Positions 17,514-26,827 of a stretch of DNA of 32,614 nucleotides are shown piece by piece (positions within the stretch are counted from its first letter, which is position 1; each line of letters starts with the position of its first letter). The position numbers and the translations under genes were made by a program. The DNA comes from Candidatus Bipolaricaulia bacterium (GTDB lineage Bacteria > Bipolaricaulota > Bipolaricaulia > JBHIAT01). The notes under the pieces are model-generated. The model did no database searches. It saw only the letters and a list, made by a program, of their open reading frames with translations, and was not told the DNA's origin. Location of the stretch: assembly GCA_046758705.1 (NCBI GenBank), contig JBHIAT010000022.1, positions 1 through 32,614 on the forward strand. The letters are read 5' to 3'.

Positions 17514-19115
17514 CTATTCGAAAATCTTCCCGGTGACCCGCACCCGAATTTTTTCTTTCTTGCCCGGCATGTAAGCGAACGGGATCTCCTCGACATCGAT
17601 CACCCGGGCCGTCTCTCGGATCGCGCCGGCCGCCGTAGCGTTGTCCTTGGCCGTCTCAGTCACGTTGGCGATCGCCTCGTCCCGGTCCTCATGCTCCAGG
17701 TCGACAACTCCCTCAGCGTAGGCACCGATCTCGGCGATCGTTGTGCCGACCGCGCCGCCGATCTCAAAGTGCTCCGGTTTGATCGCTTCGCTCGTCCCCT
17801 CGAGCTCGGTCGGGACGACCAGCGCGCCGCCGCCGATGAAGATCACCGGAATCTCGCCGGCGATCGTCTTCATCTTGTCGATGGCTACCTCCAGGGTCCG
17901 TTGGATCTCAGCGTGGGCCACCTCGACGAGCGACTTGGGCAGCTCATCGATCCGCTCGCGGTGGGTGACGTACTCGGTCTCGAAGATGTCGAGCTGCTCG
18001 TGGAGGTCCCCGGTGGCGACGGCGATGTCGTGGACGGTGAGCAGCGGTCCGCCGAACGACCTTCCGAGCCGGATCAGGTTGTAGCCGACGCTCTCCGGCC
18101 CCAACCCGACCCCCCGATCTTGCTGCATCTTCACCAGCGTCCCCCCGCCGAGCGCCAGCGACAACAGATCGGGGCAGCGAATGTTCGTCTTGACCCCACC
18201 GATGGTGACGGTGATCGACGACTCCCGGGGGAAACCGTCCACGATGTAGGCGACGTCGGTCGACGTCCCTCCCACGTCGATGACAGCCCCATTCTGGATC
18301 CCAGACAGATAGACCGCACCTCGGACACTCGCCGCCGGGCCGGAGGCGACGGTGAAGATCGGATAATCGACCGCGTAGTCCGCCGCCATCACACTGCCGT
18401 CGTTCTGGACCACGAACAGTGGAGCCGAGATCCCTCGCTCCCGGACGGCCTCCTCGAGTGCGTTCACCGCCCGGCGCATCACGGTAATGACCGAAGCGTT
18501 GAGGATCGCGGCGTTCTCTCGCTCCAGGATGGAGATCGAGGCGATCCGGTGAGATAGGGTGACGTGGACGGACTCGCCCAGCACATCGCGAACGATTGCT
18601 GCCACTCGGTCCTCATGGTCGGTGATGATCGGGGAGAAGACGCCGGTGATCGCCACCGAATCGACCTTCCCGTTCATCTCCCGACACGTCGCTGCGATCG
18701 CGGTCTCATCCAGGGGCACGATATCCCGGCCATCGTACTCCGATCCCCCCCGGACGATGTGAGCGAACTCGGCTCCGCCGATCGTTTGCTTCAGATCCTC
18801 GGGCCAGCCGGTCAGCGGCGGGATCGCCGTGGTCGCCGGTGCCGCCAGTCGGAAGATCCCTACCCGGTTCAGGTTCCGCCGTTCAATGATCGCGTTGGTC
18901 GTATGGGTCGTCCCTAGCGATACCATCTCGATGGCTCGGGGTCCGAGGTCGACCGTACTCGTCCCAAGGAGCGCGTCCAGCGCATCGATGATCCCGGTGG
19001 TAACATCTTCGGTCGTGAGTGCCTTGGTCTTCGCCAACACCTCCTTGCCCCGAACCAGCACCCCGTCGGTGAACGTTCCTCCGACGTCGAACCCCACCCG
19101 CAACTTGTCATTCAT
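17514..19115 (-). CDS. Stand-alone hydantoinase/oxoprolinase A-like ATPase (short form, 533 aa)
   Basis: Motifs 'GFDVGGTFTD', 'GTTHTTNA', 'LERENAAILNA', 'QNDGS', 'SGPAAS' and 'DVGGTSTD'. SD AAGGAG precedes ATG 19115. Confidence 0.9.
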   Translation of the reverse strand: MNDKLRVGFDVGGTFTDGVLVRGKEVLAKTKALTTEDVTTGIIDALDALLGTSTVDLGPRAIEMVSLGTTHTTNAIIERRNLNRVGIFRLAAPATTAIPPLTGWPEDLKQTIGGAEFAHIVRGGSEYDGRDIVPLDETAIAATCREMNGKVDSVAITGVFSPIITDHEDRVAAIVRDVLGESVHVTLSHRIASISILERENAAILNASVITVMRRAVNALEEAVRERGISAPLFVVQNDGSVMAADYAVDYPIFTVASGPAASVRGAVYLSGIQNGAVIDVGGTSTDVAYIVDGFPRESSITVTIGGVKTNIRCPDLLSLALGGGTLVKMQQDRGVGLGPESVGYNLIRLGRSFGGPLLTVHDIAVATGDLHEQLDIFETEYVTHRERIDELPKSLVEVAHAEIQRTLEVAIDKMKTIAGEIPVIFIGGGALVVPTELEGTSEAIKPEHFEIGGAVGTTIAEIGAYAEGVVDLEHEDRDEAIANVTETAKDNATAAGAIRETARVIDVEEIPFAYMPGKKEKIRVRVTGKIFE

Positions 19116-20259
19116 AACGGTAGACTCCTTCTCTTTCAAATCGGTCGATGGAAAGCATTTTCGGAACCGAGCCCTTCCCTTGGATTGCCTCGGAGACGAT
19201 TCGGGCAGCGGCCGGGGCCAGTTGGATGCCGTGACCACTGAAACCGATGGCGCAGAAGAACCTACGCACGCTGGATTCGCCGAGGATCGGATAGCGATCC
19301 GGGGTAACCTCCCGCGCCCCGACCCAGCCCCCGACCAGGGCGGCGCTCTCCATGGCCGGGAGGCGGTGAACCGTTTCGGCAATCGCCCGCTCCCGAAATT
19401 CAGGGAAGGGCCGGTTCGGAAGTCGGTCGGGGTTGATCCCTCCATCCTCTCGGTACCGTTTGTCAAGCCAGCCGAGCAGCAGTCGATCCGTCCCCTCACC
19501 TCGGAAGTAGGCGTGGGTGTCCCGGTTGAAGACCATCGGCATCACACGGGAGAATCGCTTCTGGGGTCGGACGACCAGAATCTGCCCTGGGACCCCGCAA
19601 ATGGGAAGCTCTAGTCCCACCATCTCTCCCATCTGTCGTCCCCAGGGGCCGGTGGCGTTGATCACCACCTCGGTCTCGACGGGGCCGGCCTCGGTGATCA
19701 ATTTGCGCACCCGGTTGCCTCGGACGACGATGTCCTGCACCGCAACCCCGATGTTGAGCTTGACACCCGCCCGAACCGCCCGGTGAGCGAACGCGTTCGT
19801 CAGCTCCGAGCCATCGAAGTAACCGTCCTCGGGCGCGTAGCCAACCTCCTGTAAGTCGTCGACGTAGAGACCGGGAACGATCTCGGCCGCCTGCTCCGCG
19901 GATAAACACCGAGCCGTCCCACCGAGCCGGTTGACCCGATCGACGGTCCGACGGATCTCGACCGCCTCCGTCTCGCTGGTCGAGATGTGAAGGTAACCGG
20001 TCCGAACGTACTCGACCGACACCTCCGGGTCCGAGACGAGCTCCTGATAGACCTCGAAGCTCTCCTGGCGCAACCGGATGTCGAGCTCGGTGGGATGCTG
20101 GATACCGAAAACGCCGACCGATCGACCGGTCGTCCCGGCTGCCAATGCCTGTTTTTCGAACAGCCACACCGAAAGATCGGTCTCTTGGATCAGACGCTCG
20201 GCGATCGCACAGCCGACGATCCCTCCGCCGATGATAGCCACGTCGACAACTTGACTCAC
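19108..20259 (-). CDS. FAD-dependent oxidoreductase, DAO / sarcosine oxidase beta / D-amino acid dehydrogenase family
   Basis: Motifs 'VAIIGGGIVG', 'GTTGRS', 'INATGPW', 'TPDRYPILG' and 'GFSGHG'. GTG start follows GAGGAG. Confidence 0.9.
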   Translation of the reverse strand: MSQVVDVAIIGGGIVGCAIAERLIQETDLSVWLFEKQALAAGTTGRSVGVFGIQHPTELDIRLRQESFEVYQELVSDPEVSVEYVRTGYLHISTSETEAVEIRRTVDRVNRLGGTARCLSAEQAAEIVPGLYVDDLQEVGYAPEDGYFDGSELTNAFAHRAVRAGVKLNIGVAVQDIVVRGNRVRKLITEAGPVETEVVINATGPWGRQMGEMVGLELPICGVPGQILVVRPQKRFSRVMPMVFNRDTHAYFRGEGTDRLLLGWLDKRYREDGGINPDRLPNRPFPEFRERAIAETVHRLPAMESAALVGGWVGAREVTPDRYPILGESSVRRFFCAIGFSGHGIQLAPAAARIVSEAIQGKGSVPKMLSIDRFEREGVYRYE

Positions 20260-20287
20260 CGGCCACTCCTCGTTTGTCTCGTTACCT

Positions 20288-21067
20288 TCAATCCCAGAGG
20301 CCCTGCATCGCGTACTGCTCCCCCAGCTTCCAGCCGGTGATCTCCTCAAGCGGCGGACACTCGTAACCACCGGCATTGCTATGCTTCCAGCCGAACCGGC
20401 TCTTCAGCTCGGTCAGAAACTCGGCATACTTGAACGGCGCCAGGACCGCATCGACCACCGGAACCCCGAGCGATTCCTGAACCTTCTTGAAGAACCCGAA
20501 CTCGATCGTGCAGCCGAGGATGATCACCTCCGCGCGATCTTCGTTGACCGCCTCCTGAGCGGCCGCCTTCAACCGGTTCGCCGTCTCCTCCTTGTCCTTT
20601 TGGAAGTCGTGAACCCCGAGGCCGACCGACTTGAACGAGGCAAGGCGATCTTTGAACCCGTACTTGACCACATTCTCGCGCATCTCCGGGATCCACTTGT
20701 CCCGGCCGACGATGATCGAGAACGTATGGCCCAGGCTGGCGGCGATGTGCATAGAGGATTCCGCCGGCGCGGTTACGATCAGGTCGTCACTGATCTCCCG
20801 TGCCTGTCCCAGCCCAGTGTCGTAAAAGCAGCCGATGACGGCGGCGTCATAGCCCTCGTGCTCGGCCTGCTTAATTCGGTTGATCAGGTCGACCAGGACG
20901 AGCGCCTCGTAGTAGTGATATTCGAGGTGCTCCGGCCCTCGCGCCAAAGACACCACGTCAACCTCGGTGTCGGGTCGCTTCTCCATGTTCAGAATCTCCT
21001 GGATCTCCCGGTCGAACAGATCGGTCCCCACCGGGTTGATCCACAGAATACGGTTGGTGTTGGTCAT
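20288..21067 (-). CDS. Hydantoin/allantoin racemase family (Asp/Glu/hydantoin racemase) protein
   Basis: 'WINP' plus two catalytic Cys in 'IGCFYDTG' and 'ILGCT', and 'GVPVVD'. Confidence 0.9.
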   Translation of the reverse strand: MTNTNRILWINPVGTDLFDREIQEILNMEKRPDTEVDVVSLARGPEHLEYHYYEALVLVDLINRIKQAEHEGYDAAVIGCFYDTGLGQAREISDDLIVTAPAESSMHIAASLGHTFSIIVGRDKWIPEMRENVVKYGFKDRLASFKSVGLGVHDFQKDKEETANRLKAAAQEAVNEDRAEVIILGCTIEFGFFKKVQESLGVPVVDAVLAPFKYAEFLTELKSRFGWKHSNAGGYECPPLEEITGWKLGEQYAMQGLWD

Positions 21068-22098
21068 ATCCGACTCACCTCCTGGCTTTTTGATTGATCT
21101 GCTTCATCGTGGGTTCGGTACAGGAAACACGCCGCGTGGTGCTCATCTCCCACCTGGAACGGCGGCGGACTCTGCTGACAGATCGGCATGGCGAACTCGC
21201 ATCTGGGATGGAACCGGCATCCCGGGGGAGGGTCAAGGTAATCCGGGATCCGCCCTGCGATGCCGCTGGTAATTCCCTCACCGGTGAGCTTGGGAACTGA
21301 GTTCAACAACCCTTGTGTGTAGGGATGCTTCGGGTTGGCGAACAGTTCAGGAGTTGGGGCCTCCTCGACGATGTTCCCCGCATACATCACGTAGACGCGA
21401 TCGGTGGTCTCTCGGACGACCCCGAGATTGTGGGTGATGAGCAGGACGGAGATATTCTTGACCTGGACAAGTTCTTTCAACAGCTCCAGGATCTGATCCT
21501 GGACGGTCACATCGAGCGCCGTGCCCGGTTCATCGGCGATGAGCAGTTCCGGTTCGTTGGCTAGTGCCATGGCGATCAAAACGCGCTGGCGCATTCCACC
21601 GCTTAACTGAAGTGGATAACTCTCCATGATCCGTTCCGGGTCGGGAAGCTGGACCGCCTGCAGCACCTCGATCGCCCGATCGGTCACTTCGCTGCGGTTC
21701 AAGCCATCTGATCTGCCTTTGTCTCCGGAGAACCGGATGATGTCCGTCAACTGCGTCCCGATCTTGAACACCGGGTTGAGCGAGTTCATCGGGTCCTGGA
21801 ACACCATCGAGATCTCCTTCCCTTTGATCTTCTGGAGCTCCTGCCGACTCAGTTGCAACAGATCCCGTCCTTTGAACTCGATCTCGCCTCCCACAATTCG
21901 CCCTGGAGGAATCGGCAACGTCCCCATGATCGTCTTCATGGTGACCGACTTACCACAGCCCGTCTCCCCGACGAGGCCGACCTTCTCGCCGCGACCGACG
22001 ACCAGGTTGACGCCGTTCAGCACCCGGACTGTCCCCTCGTAGATCTCGAAGTGGACCTCCAGGTCTTTGACGGCGAGCAGCGGTTCTGTGAAAGCCAT
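21064..22098 (-). CDS. Peptide ABC transporter ATP-binding protein (DppD-like)
   Basis: Walker A 'GETGCGKS', 'LSGGMRQR', 'IADEP' and C-terminal 'GCRFHPRC'. Confidence 0.95.
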   Translation of the reverse strand: MAFTEPLLAVKDLEVHFEIYEGTVRVLNGVNLVVGRGEKVGLVGETGCGKSVTMKTIMGTLPIPPGRIVGGEIEFKGRDLLQLSRQELQKIKGKEISMVFQDPMNSLNPVFKIGTQLTDIIRFSGDKGRSDGLNRSEVTDRAIEVLQAVQLPDPERIMESYPLQLSGGMRQRVLIAMALANEPELLIADEPGTALDVTVQDQILELLKELVQVKNISVLLITHNLGVVRETTDRVYVMYAGNIVEEAPTPELFANPKHPYTQGLLNSVPKLTGEGITSGIAGRIPDYLDPPPGCRFHPRCEFAMPICQQSPPPFQVGDEHHAACFLYRTHDEADQSKSQEVSRI

Positions 22099-22114
22099 AG
22101 AAGTTTAGGTCAAC

Positions 22115-23107
22115 TCAAGGATAGAGATGACATCGGACGAAGTGGCCGTCGCCGACCTCGATGGCTCCGGGATCGACCCGGTGGCAGATCTCCATCTCCA
22201 TGTGGCAGCGTGGATGGAAGCTGCAGCCACTCGGTACGTTCGCCGGACTTGGGATCTCTCCCTTAGGCGTTAGTTTTTTAGGCTTCATTGCCTCTTCGTC
22301 CTCTGAGACAACCGGGATCGCTGACAACAGGGTCTGGGTGTAGGGATGGAGCGGGTTGTTAAACAGTTCCTCGGTTGGGGCGAGTTCGCAGATCTTCCCC
22401 AGGTACATCACCGCCGTCCGGGAGGCGATGTTGCGCATCAGGCTCAGGTCGTGGGTGATGAACAGATACGAAAAATTCAACCGCTCGCGCAGCTCCATCA
22501 GCAGGATGATGATCTTCCCCTGGACTGAGACGTCGAGGGCCGAGGTCGGCTCGTCGAGAACGATGAACGACGGCTCGAGCGCCAGTGCCCGGGCGATTGC
22601 CACCCGCTGCTTCTGTCCGCCGGAGAGCGCGTTTGGATATTTGTACATGTAATCGGCGGGCAGCTCGACCTGCTCGAGCAAGTGAGCAATCCGATCGGTC
22701 AGATCCCCGTCCCCGGCTACCCGGTGAACCTGGAGCGGAACCATGAGCGTCTGCTTGATGGTGCGACGCGGGTTCAGCGAAGAGCTGGGGTCCTGGAAGA
22801 CGATCTGTACCTCCTTCTTGAACGCTTTGGCGCGGTGCACCTGTTCATTGATCTCGGTCCCGTTGAACCAGATCCGACCGGCGGTCGGTTCATAAAGTCC
22901 GAGGATCGTCTGAGCCACGGTCGTCTTGCCCGAACCTGACTCGCCGACCAGGCCGAAGATCTCACTCCGCTCCACCGAGAAACTGACACCGTCGACCGCC
23001 TTGACGTAGCCGACGATACGATGAAGAAGACCCGTGCGAATCGGAAAGTACCGCTTCAGATTTTCCACCTTGAGGATCTCGTTCGTCTGTATCTGCGTCT
23101 GCATCAT
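22115..23107 (-). CDS. Peptide ABC transporter ATP-binding protein (DppF-like)
   Basis: Motifs 'VKAVDGVSF', 'GESGSGKT', 'LSGGQKQR' and 'GCSFHPRC'. Confidence 0.95.
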   Translation of the reverse strand: MMQTQIQTNEILKVENLKRYFPIRTGLLHRIVGYVKAVDGVSFSVERSEIFGLVGESGSGKTTVAQTILGLYEPTAGRIWFNGTEINEQVHRAKAFKKEVQIVFQDPSSSLNPRRTIKQTLMVPLQVHRVAGDGDLTDRIAHLLEQVELPADYMYKYPNALSGGQKQRVAIARALALEPSFIVLDEPTSALDVSVQGKIIILLMELRERLNFSYLFITHDLSLMRNIASRTAVMYLGKICELAPTEELFNNPLHPYTQTLLSAIPVVSEDEEAMKPKKLTPKGEIPSPANVPSGCSFHPRCHMEMEICHRVDPGAIEVGDGHFVRCHLYP

Positions 23108-24004
23108 TTAAACATCGACATCGAACAGGTCTCTCAACCCGTCACCGACCAGGTTGAACCCCAGCACGACAACCAGAATCGCCAGGGAGGGGAGGATCGA
23201 AATCCACCATTGATCCGGCATGTTTTTGGCGCCGTCGGCGACCATGGTACCCAGCCCCGGCCTTGGCGGTTGCACCCCGAGACCGACGAAACTCAACATC
23301 GCCCCGATCAGGATCACAAACCCCATGTCCAACGTCATCTTGGTAAAGATCGGAGAGAGGCTGTTGGGAAGCAGTTCCTTGAAGAAGATGTGCAGTTTCC
23401 CGGCGCCGATCACCTCGGCCGCCGACACGAAAGATTCGTGGCGAAGCGATGAGACGATGCTGTAGACCAGCCTCGTGTACCAGGGCCACCACATCAGCGA
23501 GACGGCGATCATTGCGTTGAACAGGTTAGGAGTCAGGATCGCGGTGATCGCCATCGCCAGAACCAATGGGGGAATGGCAAGGAACATATCGGTGACTCTC
23601 ATGATCACCGTGTCGATCCAGGTATGGTGGAAGTATCCGGCGATCAACCCCAGCGTAACTCCGACCGGGACCACCAAGGCGAGAACGATCACGCCCATCA
23701 GCAACGAGAACCGGTATCCGAAGAACACGCGGCTCAGAATGTCGCGTCCGACTGTGTCGGTCCCGAACGGGTGCTGCCAGCTGGGCGGTTGGCTGGCGTT
23801 CATAAAATCCACGAACTTGCCGGCATGTTGTGGATGCGGCGCAATCCACGGGGCAAACGCCGCCACCACAGAAACGAGCAGAACGATGATCAGCCCGGCG
23901 ACCGAGGTGGGGTTTCGAGAGAATTTGTACCACCCCTTCTTGATCCCCTCCATCCTAGTGGGCATCACCTGGACAGACGGGCGTGCCGTGGTCGTATCGG
24001 CCAA
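23108..24004 (-). CDS. Peptide ABC transporter permease (DppC-like), module 1
   Basis: Motifs 'HPFGTDTVGRDILSR', 'WWPWYTRL' and 'FNLVGDGLRD'. TTG start follows GAGGAG. Confidence 0.93.
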   Translation of the reverse strand: MADTTTARPSVQVMPTRMEGIKKGWYKFSRNPTSVAGLIIVLLVSVVAAFAPWIAPHPQHAGKFVDFMNASQPPSWQHPFGTDTVGRDILSRVFFGYRFSLLMGVIVLALVVPVGVTLGLIAGYFHHTWIDTVIMRVTDMFLAIPPLVLAMAITAILTPNLFNAMIAVSLMWWPWYTRLVYSIVSSLRHESFVSAAEVIGAGKLHIFFKELLPNSLSPIFTKMTLDMGFVILIGAMLSFVGLGVQPPRPGLGTMVADGAKNMPDQWWISILPSLAILVVVLGFNLVGDGLRDLFDVDV

Positions 24005-24040
24005 GTTAACTCCTCTCCAGTCTTCGCTTGTGTCTTTGTT

Positions 24041-25060
24041 TCACTTCGTCTCCAGTCGGATCCGGGGATCGAGCATGCTGACCAAGATGTCGACAAACAG
24101 ATTGACGGTGATGAAGACGATGCCTACGACCATGACGACAGCGCTGATCGCATTCAGATCTTTGCGCAACATCGTCAGGATCCCATATTTAGACAACCCC
24201 GGCCAGTTGTAGACCAATTCGACCACAAACGCATTGCCCACCAACGCGGCGAAGTCCAGCCCCAATATCGTCACCGTGGGGATCAGGGAAGGCTTCAACA
24301 GGTACTTGAACAGGATCATCCGGTCTGGGATGCCGTAAGATCGGCTTGCCTCGATGTACTCCTTGCTCATGTGGTCGGTCATGCTCGATCGGGTGATTCG
24401 GGCGGTCTGGGCCAGGCTGGCCATCGCCAAACTGATCCCAGGCAGAAGCAGATGCTTCAACGCGTCACCGACGGCGGCGAAGTGGCCGGTGATCAGACCG
24501 TCGATCGTGATCATCCCGGTGATTCGCGGCGGCGCTTCGATCCCAGGACTCAATCGACCCACCGTCGGCAACAGATCCAAAAGAAGGGCAAACAGTAGCA
24601 GGAACAAAATAGCAAACACAAACGTGGGGGTGACCACCCCGACGTAGGAGACCAATCGCACCGTGTTATCGACCCAGGTGTCCCGGTAGCGCGCCGCGAG
24701 GATCCCCAACAGAATCCCGGTCACGGCCATGACCACCCCGGCGAAAAGCACCAGCTCCAGCGTGGCTGGGAGAAATGCCTTGACATCATCGGCCACCTGA
24801 CGCCGGGTGTATAGCGATTCGCCGAAGTCGCCCCGTAAAGCACCGGTGATCCAGAAGTAGTACTGGACAATAAACGGCCTGTCCAGGTACATCTTCTCCC
24901 TGAGCTTGTTTACCACCTCTTCGGGGGCTCGAGGGCCCAGAGCCAATCGGGCCGGATCGCCGGGCATCACCCGGGCGATCAGGAAGATCATGATAGACAG
25001 CCCGAACAGGACCGCAATCGAATAGACCAATCTGCGAGCCAGATAGTCCCAGAATTGCAT
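24041..25060 (-). CDS. Peptide ABC transporter permease (DppB-like), module 1
   Basis: Motifs 'MPGDPA', 'GDFGES', EAA loop and 'LDPRIR'. Confidence 0.93.
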   Translation of the reverse strand: MQFWDYLARRLVYSIAVLFGLSIMIFLIARVMPGDPARLALGPRAPEEVVNKLREKMYLDRPFIVQYYFWITGALRGDFGESLYTRRQVADDVKAFLPATLELVLFAGVVMAVTGILLGILAARYRDTWVDNTVRLVSYVGVVTPTFVFAILFLLLFALLLDLLPTVGRLSPGIEAPPRITGMITIDGLITGHFAAVGDALKHLLLPGISLAMASLAQTARITRSSMTDHMSKEYIEASRSYGIPDRMILFKYLLKPSLIPTVTILGLDFAALVGNAFVVELVYNWPGLSKYGILTMLRKDLNAISAVVMVVGIVFITVNLFVDILVSMLDPRIRLETK

Positions 25061-25104
25061 CGGTAACCTTCAGGATTCAGGAGTATTAAGAGATCACGGA
25101 GCGG

Positions 25105-25144
25105 GGATGGGGATAGGGAGCAACTTGGCCCCCTATCCCCGTCC
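25105..25144 (-). other. Intergenic stem-loop downstream of the SBP gene (mRNA stabiliser or attenuator)
   Basis: GGATGGGGATAGGG (25105-25118) pairs with CCCTATCCCCGTCC (25131-25144). No U-tract. Confidence 0.6.
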
Positions 25145-25160
25145 GTCGTCGCCCTCTTTT

Positions 25161-26747
25161 TTACTGACGTACCTCGATGAACCGGGCCGCGAAGTTGTAG
25201 CCCATCACCGGATTCGGGTTCTCCAACTGGGTCCAGTTCACGTAGGAGGACTGGTACGCATGCCGCTCCATCTGTTCGTAGACGAAGACGGAGGGCACCA
25301 GTGTTGCGACCACTTCCTGGATCAGCCGGTACTTAGCAAACCGATCCTCCGTGTCGACGGTTGCGATAGAGTCATCGATCAGCTGATCGATCACCGGATC
25401 CTGTAGCCACTCGGTCTGTTCCCAGGTCCCTGTGCTAGATGAGTGATACTTGGATTCCAGCAACGAGCCCGCCTCGGTGAAGTGTGGCGCGACCCAAATG
25501 CTCATGATGTGTCCGGTGGTATCAGGGTTCGAGGCATTCTCGATCATGTTGAGCCACGGGACCTTGACGATCTCGATATCGATCCCGATCCTGGCCGCAT
25601 CGGCCTGGAACATCAGCGCGATCTTCTCCAGGTCGGGAACTTCGGCCGTCCACATATATTGGATCGTCTCCCCGGCGTAGTCGGACAGCGCAAGCTCCTG
25701 CCTCGCTCTTTCAAGGTCGAAGCTGTATTCGATCACATCCGGGTTGAATCCCGGCAGGCTTGAGGTGACCGGTCCGGTCGCCTTGCGGGTCCCGGGGAAG
25801 ATTCGAGACGTCACCACATCGTAGTTCAATGCGTAGGCCAACGCCCTTCTGAAGTGGATGTTGTCGGTGGGCGCCCTCTGGTTGTGCATCATCAGGTAGA
25901 GCATCGATCCTGAGACCCATTGACCTACATCGATGCCCGACGTCCGACCCAGCGCCTGGAACTGCTCGAGGGGCAGCCACTGATCGGAGATCTCCATCTC
26001 CCCGCGCTCCAGCAGTGTCCTGACGGTCACCGGGTCTGAAATCCCGGTAAACAGAACCTCGTCCGGTGCCCCTGGAAGAAACTCGCCCCAGTAGCCGTCG
26101 AACTTCTCCATGCGGACGGACTCCTCCAGCTGGACCTCCTGGACCTTGTAGGGTCCAGAACCGCAGTCGTGGGTCAGCAGATAATCTCTGCCGAAATCCC
26201 CGAACGCACCGTAATCGCCCGGTTGCTTGATGTTGGCTCTTATACACGCTTGGTTCAGGATGTAGAGCCGGACGAGCGAAGTCAGAAACGGCCCGAACGG
26301 CTGTGACAGCTTGAATTGTACGGTGAAGTCATCGAGCGCGTCGGCCTTCTCCACGCGTCCGAGGAACAGGAACGCATAGCCCTCTCCGATGGTCAGCAGC
26401 CGGTTCATGCTGAACGCCACGTCCTCGGCCGTCAGCTCGGTTTCATCATGAAACCGGATCCCCCGTCGCAGGTGGAATGTCCAGGTCAGGGCGTCGTCTG
26501 ACACATCCCAGCGGCTGGCCACAGAGGGGGTAACCCCGCCTTCGGGGGTGGGATAGACCAGCGAGTCATACAGATTGACCAGTGAGGATGAACTGGAGAA
26601 GTCATTTCCCACGGCCGGATCGATGAACGTCGGCCAGGCGAAGTTCACCCTCAAGAGGCTCTGCTGAGCTACGCTTCCAAAGGCCCAACCAACGACCAGC
26701 CCGACAGCCAGCAACGAAACCAACAAAATTTTCTGGGTGTTACCCAT
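25161..26747 (-). CDS. ABC transporter substrate-binding protein, family 5, module 1
   Basis: Signal peptide ends SVA-Q. Motifs 'NLYDSLV', 'WTFHLRRGIRFHD', 'GSGPY' and 'FRRALAY'. SD AAGGAGG. Confidence 0.92.
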   Translation of the reverse strand: MGNTQKILLVSLLAVGLVVGWAFGSVAQQSLLRVNFAWPTFIDPAVGNDFSSSSSLVNLYDSLVYPTPEGGVTPSVASRWDVSDDALTWTFHLRRGIRFHDETELTAEDVAFSMNRLLTIGEGYAFLFLGRVEKADALDDFTVQFKLSQPFGPFLTSLVRLYILNQACIRANIKQPGDYGAFGDFGRDYLLTHDCGSGPYKVQEVQLEESVRMEKFDGYWGEFLPGAPDEVLFTGISDPVTVRTLLERGEMEISDQWLPLEQFQALGRTSGIDVGQWVSGSMLYLMMHNQRAPTDNIHFRRALAYALNYDVVTSRIFPGTRKATGPVTSSLPGFNPDVIEYSFDLERARQELALSDYAGETIQYMWTAEVPDLEKIALMFQADAARIGIDIEIVKVPWLNMIENASNPDTTGHIMSIWVAPHFTEAGSLLESKYHSSSTGTWEQTEWLQDPVIDQLIDDSIATVDTEDRFAKYRLIQEVVATLVPSVFVYEQMERHAYQSSYVNWTQLENPNPVMGYNFAARFIEVRQ

Positions 26748-26827
26748 GGCTTATCTCCCTCCTTAACGGCAAAGCTTTAAGCCAAATCTTGGTTACCCTT
26801 TCTCCCTTTTCTCCATAGATCACCTCC

